Below are positions 12,571-24,639 of a stretch of DNA of 64,000 bases, piece after piece. The stretch is from NCBI RefSeq assembly GCF_023055435.1, contig NW_025963846.1:14012001-14076000 (forward strand), in the 5' to 3' direction. The stretch is from Haliotis rufescens (lineage: Eukaryota). The position numbers and the translations under genes are program-made. Numbering within the stretch: position 1 is the stretch's first letter; the number at the start of each line of letters is the position of its first letter. The notes under the pieces are model-generated. The model was not told where the DNA came from. It made no database searches and was given only the letters and a program-made list of their open reading frames with translations.

Positions 12571-14600
12571 CTTGTAAGCATGTGACTATACTTCCTCGTC
12601 ATGTGATCAACTAGTCACGTGTTTTTGCAAACGGGCCAACGCTGGAACACATGCCACGGGGTTATATGGGGGTTGTCTTCTATACAGTAATGTGTGATAA
12701 GGGGTCTGTGAGTGAGTATGGTTTTTCGCCGACTTGAGCAATATGTTAGTGTGTGTGTGAAAAAAAAAGTTAATTGGTCAGCTGATCTGCATTTACAAGA
12801 CTCTATTGTTTGTCGTCGGAGATTTGAAGATTTCAATTTTAAGTGTCAAAAAGATATATTCTCGGAAAATATAAATAAAAAGATAGCATTACTCGGCGAT
12901 GTATACAACGCTTAAATATTGTTCCAGGGGTGGGGGGTACTATACAGCTAAACATGGTTATACGAATCTTCTTCAGCTTTTTCTTAAACGAACAAATACA
13001 GCAGTGAATTTGCTGTGACCTCGCCTTCCAATACTGCCCTGTCACAGTGTCACGGCAGCGTATCAACGGGGACATGTAAATGCTATTGTTCTGTGGTATC
13101 AGCAGTGGACATTGCTTCTGTTGTGTTACAGGAATATCAGACTTTAACACATCTGCGCAGTACTGCAGACACACATCTATGATATCACTTAAGGGTAATG
13201 TACATGTGAAACAATGGGATCAACAGCACAGTGGAGGACAACATTGTGAAGTGATCTATATCTCTATGATTTCTCGTTAGCAACAAAGTTCAGTGTCAAA
13301 TTCCTCATCTTTTTCTTTGAGGAAGATTATGTATTAATGCCGAGAATTCACTGGCTAGCCCTGGGTCTCACGTTAGGGTTGCTACACATTCTGGTGTCCT
13401 AGTATGCTTTACAAATTATTTAACTGCATTCTCCGTTAGTGGAATAAACGTTAACCTTTCTTTCATACCTATGGCCTATCGTCTGATAAAGTCTTATCCC
13501 TACAAGAAAACATTTCCCCTTCTACTGCAGAAAAAGAATCTAGTGAATTTTATTAACTTAACAGCGGTCAGAAGATTTATAAACAGCGAATTTTGTACCC
13601 TAAGTTTAGTACTTGGTAGATTGCACGAAGATTCTGAAGATTAGTAAATATCACTTATCGTAGTATAACCTATTGTAGTATCATTCACTATTTAAACCAC
13701 ACTGTAAAAAATGTGTTAAGAGTATAAACACATACAAGACATATGTAACAAATGTTATATTTGGGATTATCCTTTCTTAGTTAAATCATCTTCTAGTACA
13801 CATTCTAGAACATTTTGGTGGTTGGTCCCGTCCAGGATTCGAACCCTCAGTGTCAGGGTGAGGCACCTAATCGCCAGCACACAAAGTTCGAATCCCGGAC
13901 CGGACTCATCCCCCCAAAGTACTAGAATTTGTACTTTACTACGAAAGTGTAATCCCAAATATAACATTTCTTACATTTGACCACTTTCTAGAAAGCATTG
14001 TGTATTCATAGCTTTCGGCCATGGGAGCCGTGCCAATTTATACATATCGGAAAACAAAGTATGTGATCTTGACTACCAGTTGTTGGGACTTTTATTTTTG
14101 TGAAAGCATTAGTTAGGGTCTAAACACATGAAATGATCTATTAGCTGATAGTCTAAAAACAACATCCTCATAATCCATATAATACCTTTTGTTTTGAATA
14201 TAAACATGTTTTCCATAGCATCTGGCGTCGTCCCGAGGCAAGGGAGTTAACTGACTATAAAAGGTAACACTGGAATTTAAGAGTCAGTTATCTCCCTTGT
14301 TTCGGAAAGTTGATCAACAGGCTTTAAGACAAATATGGATGAGATGTATAATATATATTGAAATTAGATGTTCAAATCAGATTCATAGGCGCTTGCATAA
14401 CACATATACCACCAAGACTTAAACGAATTTGGTCAAATATTCACATAAAAATGTACAAATAAACCAAGCTAATTGTGACTAGGAAAATTGACACTTCTGA
14501 TAACAACAGTCTCCGTAGAACAGGTGGTAGCGTGACGAACTACACATCAAGTACATCAAGAGGTTGCAGGTTCGAATCCAACCGAGCTTGAAAATTCAAT

Positions 14601-14890
14601 GGGGGGCACGGGTGGCCCGTTCGTCTAAGGCGCCGCGATTCGCTGTGCAGAGTCGCGTCCCTTGGGCACGCCAGAAACCTATGATTGTTGGTTCGAATCC
14701 CGGTTCGCCCCGATTATGTTTCTAGGTTTATCAGCACCATACCCATGCTCGCGGGTTTCACCGAAGTGGTAAACGTCTGAGACCTGCATCACTTCGGGCT
14801 TCCCTCCCACATTAAGCTGACACGCCGTGATATAACTGGAATACTGTTAAAAGCGGCGTTAAACCCAACCCACTCACTCACTCACTCACT
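14601..14890 (+). mobile_element. Family C tRNA-derived SINE (~290 bp), inserted into an older tRNA-like SINE head (14510-14600)
   Basis: A-box-like TGGCCCGTTCGTCTAAGGCGCC at 14613, B box GGTTCGAATCC at 14690, (ACTC)n tail, TSD GAAAAT(T)CAAT. Other copies: 9289-9550(-), 40956-41143(-), 44044-44289(-), 45586-45811(+). Confidence 0.9.
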
Positions 14891-15055
14891 GAAAATCAAT
14901 GTGTTGTTACTGTATTCCTAATAGGAAGCTGACAATGACAGTACATCAGATTACTACTTAACCTTTCTAAGTGACGACAGGCCACCTAGTAAAAAATACT
15001 TCCTGATTAGTAAAGTAAGAATAAGATTTATATCAACCATACTCTGTGCATCACT

Positions 15056-15126
15056 TGCTTGATAACGGTGTTAGAACCTACATCGAAACGTCGCACCATA
15101 TTGTAATAAAGAAGTTGTTCATCCAT
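15056..15126 (+). ncRNA. Minimal hammerhead-ribozyme motif (U3-A8 variant) in a Penelope-like pseudo-LTR repeat
   Basis: TGC-TTGATAA-C-GGTGT(tagaacct)ACATC-GAAA-CGTC-GCA: stem I TGC/GCA, stem II, loopless stem III, GUC site. AATAAA at 15105. Confidence 0.7.
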
Positions 15127-16009
15127 CTATCTTTTACTTATCCTTACTTAGTACTCCATCTTCTAAATGCCTCTCAAAGAACTGATCAGTAAAAATCATC
15201 TTACATGTTAGTGTCTCAGTGGACAGTGAAATTCACTAAGTTAGTAAACTTGACTAACTGTTTCAGTCAGTGTGCTCCCGTCATGCTCTCGCGTCAATTG
15301 TCCCACTAATTAAGCTTCCCAGTCTACCCCGCTATAGCGCGGGCGTTCTCCTCATTGTCTCAGCAACATCGTTTTGTCCCACCTTATTCCTTCCCGTTTG
15401 TTGTTCTTGTGGAACCTATATGCAATATTAGTGTTTTACTATAGTGATTTAGGCAAGAGTACAACCCTTTTCATTTTTTATACTGTGTCATTTCTATTTG
15501 CATTACGTACAAATACTTTTTTTTCATAACGCCAATATAAGCATTCTTTTTCTTTTAATACGATGACAAAAAGGAATCAGGTGAGAATCTCATCATGAAA
15601 ACGCACCTCTATCGACTTGAATACATGATACTGTAGTTCATGTATGATACCATGTGCAGGTTACTGTTGAACACTCATTCCAACGTTATTATGCTTATTC
15701 CACGATGACGCTTACACTGTCCTGCTAGTTTTAGCGTCACAGATTTGTTTTCGGGGCGTACATATCCTTGAACTGATATTACCTTCTCTTCAAAGTAGCG
15801 TTAAAGCAAACTCACTCATTTACCTTTATTCCGCCAGCCACCCTGAAACCAAGATTTACGTGTCTATATACTCGCTTGTCTCATACAAACTCCCTGCATT
15901 TATGATATAGGCAAGTTTGATTTTATTTAATTTACTGCCGTGTTTAGTCAAATGTTATTTATATGTTTTTAGTAAAATAATTGTCATGTTTTATCGTTCA
16001 TTAACACTT

Positions 16010-16370
16010 TCTTTACTCATAGGGTAAGAAATAACTGAGTTAAAAATCGTTTGTGCACTTGTGCAAATATAACTTCACGCGCACCAGAGTATTGTTCACG
16101 TCACCCGGGCGTCATTGTTGACGTCCTTCGAATCTTATTGTGACATATAAGGTCTGAATAATGTCACACTAGAAAAAAAACCGTCACAGCTGAAGGTTAA
16201 TTGTTGACGTCATTTGACAATTGTGTTTTTCTTATTCGGCGGTTGTGGCCAGTATATTTTACTAAAAGGGAGCTCAAAAGGATTAAGAAATAATGGGTAA
16301 TAAAGACATTATTACACTCTAATGAGTGTCATACTGATTTTACGAAACTCGTGTAAGAATTCATGTAATA
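16010..16370 (+). repeat. Dispersed repeat of unknown class, second copy at ~46310-46620
   Basis: Shared blocks CATAGGGT.AGAA, CACGCGCACCAG, CATTGTTGACGTC.TTCGAATCTTATTGTGAC, GCTCAA..GGATTAAGAAAT, TTATTACACT..GTGTCATAC. Confidence 0.8.
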
Positions 16371-16845
16371 ATCTATTTAGTTATTTAGTAAGTCATTTCA
16401 TTGTTTCATTTATGCCCACGTCGACAACACGTTATCCCTTTTCCTCCCCCTAAATATATACAGGCTGAAACCAGCACGAAAACATAAACACTGTAAGCTG
16501 GTTCTCGGCCCTCTATGCGCGTCGTGAAGAGACGGGACCCAGCTTAAGATAACCGGAGCCAACTGAAAAAGCCAACAGTAATATACAAGCCCTACACAGG
16601 GCTCTCCCCGAACCCTACAATCATAAGTGAATAACCAAAGAGATCTAAAAGCGCTGCTAAAAGGTGTAGCCTCATATCGCCCAAACGAGCTGGATGGCTT
16701 CTAACTGATATCATTGTTCAATATATTATAATATAAATACTTATTACACGGAATGTTAGTTTCTTTGATATTCAAACAAAGACCCATCACTTATCATGAT
16801 ATTTATTCGAAACTAAACAGACGGAAAATATATCGGAGAAGGAAA

Positions 16846-19800
16846 ATGGCGGTAACCACAGCCTCGGGAATACCATCGAAATCATGGCAACCTGCACAGT
16901 GTACTCTGGAAACAACGTATGTAGATGGCGGTTTTCTAAGTGAATGTACCAATAACCGATAGTTTGTATTCATGATTCTCATTGATCCATTTGTTTAATC
17001 ACGTAAAATAACAAGGTAAGACCACTGCTAGTAGAATGCTGGTTGATCGACACATGTACCCCCGACACGTTCGGCAGAGTTGTCTCCCCCCCTGGTTGAT
17101 GTGCATGGCTCCTATTAATTTTATTTTACCAAGAAGCGACAAACGAATTTATGGAGCGAGAGAAAATAATTGATTATTTAGCTTAAAGCATATTTTTTCA
17201 GATAATTACCTCCTTTAAGATGCATTAAAAAAACGTTTATTACAACATTGACGGAAAGAAAAGTCATGAATTTCTTTTAAGCATGTTGTGTTTCAGGTGT
17301 TAACAGAGAAATAAGCTTACAAATCCTCATAAGATGCTTAACATTATGAAAGCCACTGACATTCATTTTCCGATGTTTTATAAAAAATATATTTTGCCAG
17401 CCTTTGTCATGTTTGTTGAGCAAACTGCCATGGAATAAAGTGCTAATTTCAGATACCAGTGCCTATATTTAAAAAATAAATAAGGATCAACTGATTTGTT
17501 CATAGACTCATATGTTATTAATGGTTACCAAACTTGTTCAGGAAGTGTTTTGTGACCATGTTGTTTGTATTCCAGGATGGGGACCATCATAGTGGAGCTG
17601 TACTGGAAACATGCACCAAACACTTGCAGGAACTTTGCAGAGCTGTGTAGACGTGGGTACTATAATGGCATCAAGTTCCATCGAATCATCCCAAATTTCA
17701 TGATACAAGGAGGTGATCCCACAGGCACAGGTACAGAGCTTCTTGTCAGTTTGCCAGACCCTGACCATGGTCATTGTGTTTTCTCTTGACTTGACCTTTC
17801 ATGTGGTAGTTCCTTGATACTCATGTCAGTAGTGATGGCAATAAGGTACAATTTCAAGATTGATTATTTGTTTGAAAAAACAATGAATGAGAAATTATTG
17901 ATCGAAAACTGTTTGTGTGTTTGTTGTTTAACGCCGTACTCAGCAATAATCCAGCTATATGACGGCTGTCTGTAAATAATCGAGTCTGGACCAGACAATC
18001 AAGTGATTGACATCATGAGCATCGATCGACGCAATTGGGATAAGATGACATGCATCAACCAAGTCAGTGAGCCTGACCATGCTGACGACCCGATCCCGTT
18101 AGTAATCTCTTATGACAAGGATAAAAAACTGAACAAAAGAAAAGAATGATATGCATTTACTGTGTTATACAGTATCCTTCATGTACATAATAAATACAGA
18201 GGTAGACACTGTTAGCATGGTTAGTCAAATGCAACTAGTCTGCAGCTCATTTCACACTTGTGACTTGAGTAAAATAGCCAGATTTTCATGGAAAACCTTT
18301 TCTACCTTTTCTCAGCCTGTCACCATGGTCAATCTCAGATGAGCCATGCGACACATTCTGTATATCGCTAATATAACTTGTGGTCAGCGATTCTGTGATA
18401 CCGAGGTCATGTGAAGGAGAAACATTTTTGGCATTATCAGAGCTGTGACTACTATATTTGCAAGAATGTATACAATTGATTCTGATTGGACCATTTGTGA
18501 CTTTTAGCCAATGAAGGGCACTGATAGTAAATTGCGACACATAAGGCAATGAAAATCATGACGTTTATTTTCAATAATAGGAGCAGCTATCCTGTGATGT
18601 AAACTGTTATTGACACAGTAAAATAAACCCATCTACATGAATGCACCCCTTGTCCCACTGAGAGTAAATATCATGGGGGGGGTCTGGTAGCCTAGTGGTT
18701 AAAGCATTCGCTCGTCACGCCGAAGACCCGGGTTCGATTCCCGACATAGGTACAATGTGTGAAGCCCATTTCTGGTGTCCCCCGCCGTGATATTGCTGGA
18801 ATATTGCTAAAAGCGGCGTAAAACCATACTCAGTCAGTCAGTCAGTAAATATCATGGACCAGTCGATAAAATATTGCAAGAATCCCGCAAGGCCTTGGCA
18901 GAACTGCCAGGGATCTGACCCAGAATCCATATTGGGCTTCTGTATAAGTCCCATGGGACTAGGACCTACTAAACTCAGGGGCCGGTCGAGTAGAAACATG
19001 ACAAAGGTATACTGTTTCATCGATATTTCTGCTTTTCTTTCAGGCAGAGGTGGGGCGTCCATATATGGAAAATTCTTTGAAGATGAAATATCTGATGAGC
19101 TTAAACATGCAGGTAGGACTAAAGATATCATGCACATAGGAATGTGAGTGTTAATTAAGTAATTCTGGTGTCACATGGTCCTGTTGACAGCGCACAGGTC
19201 ACAATCAGGTGAAGTTATGCAACGTAGGTCGCGGAAAGTAGTTGGATGGGTGACAGTTTTCGTCAGCTTGACTCTAAGCATTTCTAGGGCTTCGTTCCTG
19301 CCCCATAGGATTATTTGTTTGTTGTGTAACGCTGCACTCAGCAATATTACGGCGATATCATGAATATCGACCCTTGCAATTGGGATACGATGCCCTTTTA
19401 GGGCAAGCATTGGTTGCTGAAGACCTATTCTAACCCAGATCTTCACGAGTGTGCCCCAAAGGAAGCAGATGTGGTGTCTCCTAAGGCAAGACTGTTTTGA
19501 AATACATTTGTATATCTCTGATCACCCAGCAGTGAATGGATACCCAGTAGGATGACATGGTAATGTCACTGTTAACCTTTGAAGCACCTCACGGGCAGCT
19601 TGGGTAATATACTCCCCAAGGAGCTGAGAATGAAAATCAGGTCACACTGATCCTTGACCGGGAATAATGTAGTGCTTTTAGCATGCTTTAGAGTGTGGAT
19701 TTGGAGCATTATAAATATGCACATTATTACATTATCAATCCAACTGCAGAATGACTGGAAAATCTGCACTTACAAAATACCACTTTTAGCACATTTGATG

Positions 19801-20246
19801 TTCGCCATGAACATGAAGGATTAAGTATAACAACATGCCAAGAAATACCTATGTCAGTTAAAGTGCTCAATCATCATGATCATATATGCTGACAAAAAAA
19901 TTCATCAGTTTAAAAGAAATATGGGGCTTTCAGTTATGATTGAGATACAGCATTTATTGATTTATCAAACTAACATTACAATATTGAACAAGTTGAAATG
20001 GTAGATCTATTTTCTTTCTCAGGAGCTGGTATATTATCCATGGCAAACAGTGGTCCAGATTCTAACGGGAGTCAGTTCTTCATTTCCTTGGCTCCAACAC
20101 AGTGGCTGGATGGAAAACATGCTGTGTTTGGTCGAGTGTCTGGTGGCATGCAGGTTGTTCACAGGGTTGGCATGGTGGAAACTGATGAAAATGACAGACC
20201 ATTAGATGACATTAAGATTGTGAAAGCTTCTATCACACCTTCGTAA
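16846..20246 (+). CDS. PPIL1: Peptidyl-prolyl cis-trans isomerase-like 1 (spliceosomal cyclophilin), 4 exons, ~172 aa
   Basis: Exons 16846-16916, 17576-17730, 19044-19112, 20023-20246, phases consistent. Sequence: [113 protein letters not shown] at 21013. Confidence 0.97.
18677..18845 (+). mobile_element. Family A short tRNA-derived SINE (~160 bp)
   Basis: A box GTAGCCTAGTGG, B box GGTTCGATTCC, (ACTC/AGTC)n tail, TSD AGTAAATATCATGG. Other copies: 3092-3246(-), 24895-25018(-), 37968-38127(-), 38381-38540(-, TSD TAATGTAAG), 49534-49696(-, TSD CCATCTTCAAGGA), degenerate 39450-39570(+). Confidence 0.92.
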
Positions 20247-22303
20247 TAATAATGTGTCTGCAATCAAACTGGATGATGGGACTGCGAGACCTTGGTGATT
20301 TTTAAGAATACTCTCCGCCACACAGTGTTTTAGCAAGTCATCTGTTCTACCAAGTATGCGTTATGAGGTATCCAGCTGATGACTGTCAATCTCTTACAGC
20401 ATTGATGTGGCACAGTGGTGAGAGTGTTTGCTTGAGCCAGACTAGATCCAGGTTTTATTCTCATAATGAGTAAGGTCTGTGACAGATATGGGCAGGTTAC
20501 ACCACCTCATCACGCTATTCTGTTCGGCATGTTTTAACAGGAATAAGCTCTATAGTTTAAGATTGACATAAACATGTAACAGCTGTGAGCACCACTCAAG
20601 CATTTGACAATGAGCAGAGATCACTGATTTTTGTATGACCTGAGTAAAAACCTCAAAATAATTCTACTTAACATCAATTTGTATATGCCGCTGTGTACTG
20701 GAAATGGTAAGTGGAATTTTAGATATAGCTTTAAAGAAAAGGTTCATCAGGGAAGTATGGACTTGAAATGGTTTGCATTGTTTCTAAGTGGCACCTTCTC
20801 TCACTACTGTTTAATCATGTTTATAAAGGTCAATATGTGACATACTTAAATCTGTGAAGTATCAGAGAGCTTTTTCGAGAGTGTTAATGCATGTTTTATG
20901 GCATCATCATTTCAAGGTCTGTTCAAACATTTGTCATCTAATGTATCAGGATCATGCCATGAATCAAATGTCATGTTTTAGTTCATTTCAGAAACTGAAA
21001 ATATATTTTGTAAATAAACATTGTCTTTGTTTTTCTCTGTGTTTACTACTCAAAAGAAGTTACGGACAACCTGATTCTTTCATTTTTCTTCAGTTAATCT
21101 GTCATGGCATGTAATGTCATATATATTGTAACATATTGCATAATGTAAGATTTGGGTGGTCATTAATGACGTAACAGTTTGACAATAGCCCTCACTACCT
21201 TTCGGAAGTCGAGGTGAGTGAGTGAGTGAGTGAATAATGTTTTATTGCAAAGTCATCAATGCTACAGCTCTATCACACAGCATTTAGCCTGTGCACAGGG
21301 TTTGACAGTGCAAGCGTTGTCACAGACCAGGTCACACATACTGCTTATCAAATTCCCACTTCAGTTTGGTTCTGATGGCAAGCATAGGACGCTGCATACC
21401 TATTCCCACATGAAAAACCCTACCAACTAAATTTGTTTCTCAGTTTGAAACCTCTTCTACCACTATTTAATGTGGTAACTACTCACCACACCGTAATCTT
21501 AGTAATGTTAGTCGTGTAAGTTTAACTCCAATGACTATATTTGCATCTTTTATTAATGCCAACACACTGTATCTCACCTAAAATGAAGTTATCAAAGGTA
21601 AGTACTTAAATAAAAGTGGATGTGAGCATTGATGTTAATATAGTTTCTTATTACATGACTTAAATACTGATTACTATAAAATCCCAATAGTATCTAATGG
21701 TTTGAACAAAATATGTCATCTGGAGAAACCTACATGACAAGGTTCAGCTTCCGCAATGTGACAATTTCGGAAGACAAAATGTTTACAGAGCTAAAAACGC
21801 ATTCAGGATTTTCAGTAAGGTTGCTGTACTGTGCTGTTGTAAATCTGATTCGATCATCTTGAAAAATCTGATTTCGAACCAAGATGACTCCAACAAACTT
21901 GGAACTACATAGGCGACCATCTCACCCTCAAGGTTCAACTTTGAGGCCTGGTGATGTACAAATACGTTTTCAGCATAAATGTGTTACATTGAATGTACCG
22001 GTATTGGCAGTGTCAAGATATGGCTGGTAGTGTACATTCACCTGATTGTGAGTTTGTCTGGCATGTTGGGGAACATTGTTGATCATGGATGGCCCAATGG
22101 TTTTGGGCCCGTCTTTCGCTGAGTAGAGTTACGCCTCTTAGTTTTGCTAGGGACTGCGGATCGAGCATTCGAATCCCAGGTTTTTCCCGATTACGACCCT
22201 TGTCTGCCAGTACCTCACCTCGTGGGTTACCAACCTGGTTTCTTGCGCTTGCCCTACATTGAGAGCAAGCGCAGCCTACCCAGGAAACCAGGCTGGTGGG
22301 TTA

Positions 22304-22802
22304 AGCCTCAATCACATCGAGCTTGCGATCAGATTACGACCAAGCTGCGACCGAAAAATGTTCGAATCGGGCAAATCGTATGAAGAGCGCACGGCTGATC
22401 GCAGAGGTCGTGGGTGATCGCCAGAGCAAAATCAGTCGCAGCAAGGTCGATGGTCATGTTCAGCATTTCGCTATGGCGGGCGTACCAGTGCTGTCGAGAA
22501 GACTTCGACTTATGGTGGCACGACTGCAGATGGCGCGTACGATCGGTCGCTGATCGTCACGATTGATCGTACGATCGGTCGCTGATCGCACGATTACCTA
22601 CGATTGAACTTGCGATCGATCTTCTCCAATCGTTGGTGATCGCACGACCCCGTGTACCACCAATCGTACGATTACCTACCACCAATCGCAGTATACGATC
22701 ACAAATGGAGATCGTAGCAAACATGGTCGTAGGTCGTATCTCGGCCAAATTGCCAGCAATCCCACGATCCTGAAATCGTACGATCCGGTGTGACTGTGTC
22801 TT
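22304..22802. mobile_element. CGAT/CGTACG-rich non-autonomous DNA transposon (possibly PIF/Harbinger-like)
   Basis: Imperfect TIRs AGCCTCAATCACATCGA.. / ..TCCGGTGTGACTGTGTCT, TTA/TAA flanks, CpG-rich interior unlike the surrounding DNA. Confidence 0.65.
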
Positions 22803-23089
22803 TAGTTGACGATCCGAGTTACTCTTAACCGCCACAAGCTAATAAGCAGAGATATCTCAGTATTAACTGACATACTGTCCAAACCGGCCTTCAACACAAA
22901 TGCCTCCATCACATATTGACGTGTAGTTGCATTCCTCCAGTTCCACATTTTTAACAGACCATAAAACAGTTATCATCTACCAGTGACCTTAGAAAGATAA
23001 TAAGCACGGAATGGAGGTTATTCAGAATCTAAATGGGGTTAAAAAGTTAAAAATGCTTATTAACTTCTAAAAAAACATGTAATACTGTC

Positions 23090-24433
23090 ATGACAATGTA
23101 ATTTCACATGTACTCCGACACCATTGTCAACACTATCATAGATACGCTGAGTTGCAATAAGTTCGTGTTTGTGTGCAGGCATTGTCTACTTTTGATACAG
23201 TTTACATCCTGATAACGTTGTGAGTGTTAGCTCCAATGCAAACAACATCAGTAAAACGAGAGTTTTTCCGTGTGGCATGGCGAGCGTCAGTCATCCAACA
23301 TGTAATACAGAATTATTGAAACAGAACCGAGTAAAACGAGGTTAGAATCTTTCAAACACTCATTTTTATTTTGTATGCAGTTCAATACATGTATTCAGAT
23401 AATCAGCTGTAACAGATGGGCACATTGCGATGCTGACAATGATTCTTGAATTGGAGAGGATGTGTAGCGTCATTAATGGCAAAGGGTACTATTTTAACGG
23501 CATCAAATCGTATGGTCATGACAGGAATCCGGTCATCAATAAATTTATCAGGGACGAGCGCCCTGCTAAAATACCAACAAATGACATGCTACGAAAAATG
23601 TTACAAAGGAAGTTAAATGTGTGTGTTTGGGTCCCAAATACAAAGAGGGTGTATCACGAGATATCGGACAAAACAGGAAGTATCAAGACTAATTTTTATT
23701 GGTGCATTAGGAACTGCGATCAAGATGCTAACAATTTGCTAATATTATGAATGTGGTCAATCATTACAAGGATATCCATAATAACTGTTCAGAAAGGTCG
23801 AGATGTAGACTCGACGCGCACTATGCTTAGCTACTTCTGTGTCAAGCTTTGAAAAGTACTGTTGTGTATAAACATACCGACGACTACGTTCATTGTATGG
23901 ACACGTTTTCCGTTGAAAGTTTCATCAATTCACTGCTACAATATCATAACAAAAGAATTAACTTTTCTGACGATGTTTATCGTTTTCGGACGAATATGGC
24001 CGTATTAGACTGGAATGAACATGTAATTAGACCAACAACATCATCAAGATATGTCATGGATGCTAGAAACCCAAGACGCCAGGCCGAGAGTAAAGATCTA
24101 TTGTCTGACATGAATCTTCGTGTGAGGGTGTGAGTACACTGAATTTCTTGTTCTAATTATAAGTATTATTAATAGTATTATTATCAAGAAACAGAAGACG
24201 ATATATCAGCCTACTCGAAAAGTGCGAACTGAGTCCGAAGCTGAGAGGCGGGAGTTCAGAGTGGAGTAATACAATTAAAAACTAGGTATTCAATGGAAGA
24301 CATCCGATGGCAAACGCTGGACGGAACTCGCTGTTACATGGGAGATGGCGAAGCAGGCAGAGGTGGAGCAGACGAAGAAGAGGTTAAACTTGTCCCTCCA
24401 ACCCACACCGAAAGAGAGGATTTTGTAATTGGA

Positions 24434-24464
<31 letters not shown>

Positions 24465-24603
24465 CTATCAGTTCGAGTCCAGGAATAATGTCAAAATGCA
24501 GTAAGATTGAGCGCAATCATTCACAAATTAGTAGTAGTAGTAGTGAGGTGAGGTGAAATTGGGTTTAACGTCGCGTCCAAGATTATTGCGCTTATATAGC
24601 GAC

Positions 24604-24639
<36 letters not shown>

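Noticed and set aside
16465-16715. GC-richer segment upstream of PPIL1 considered as snRNA/7SK/RNase P or NUMT
   Set aside because: I recognised no diagnostic motif or mitochondrial reading frame. It remains unexplained.
18677-18760. tRNA genes at the A/B-box motifs (also 10861, 14510, 14601)
   Set aside because: They continue into SINE bodies with microsatellite tails and, where visible, TSDs. There is no intact cloverleaf or oligo-T terminator.
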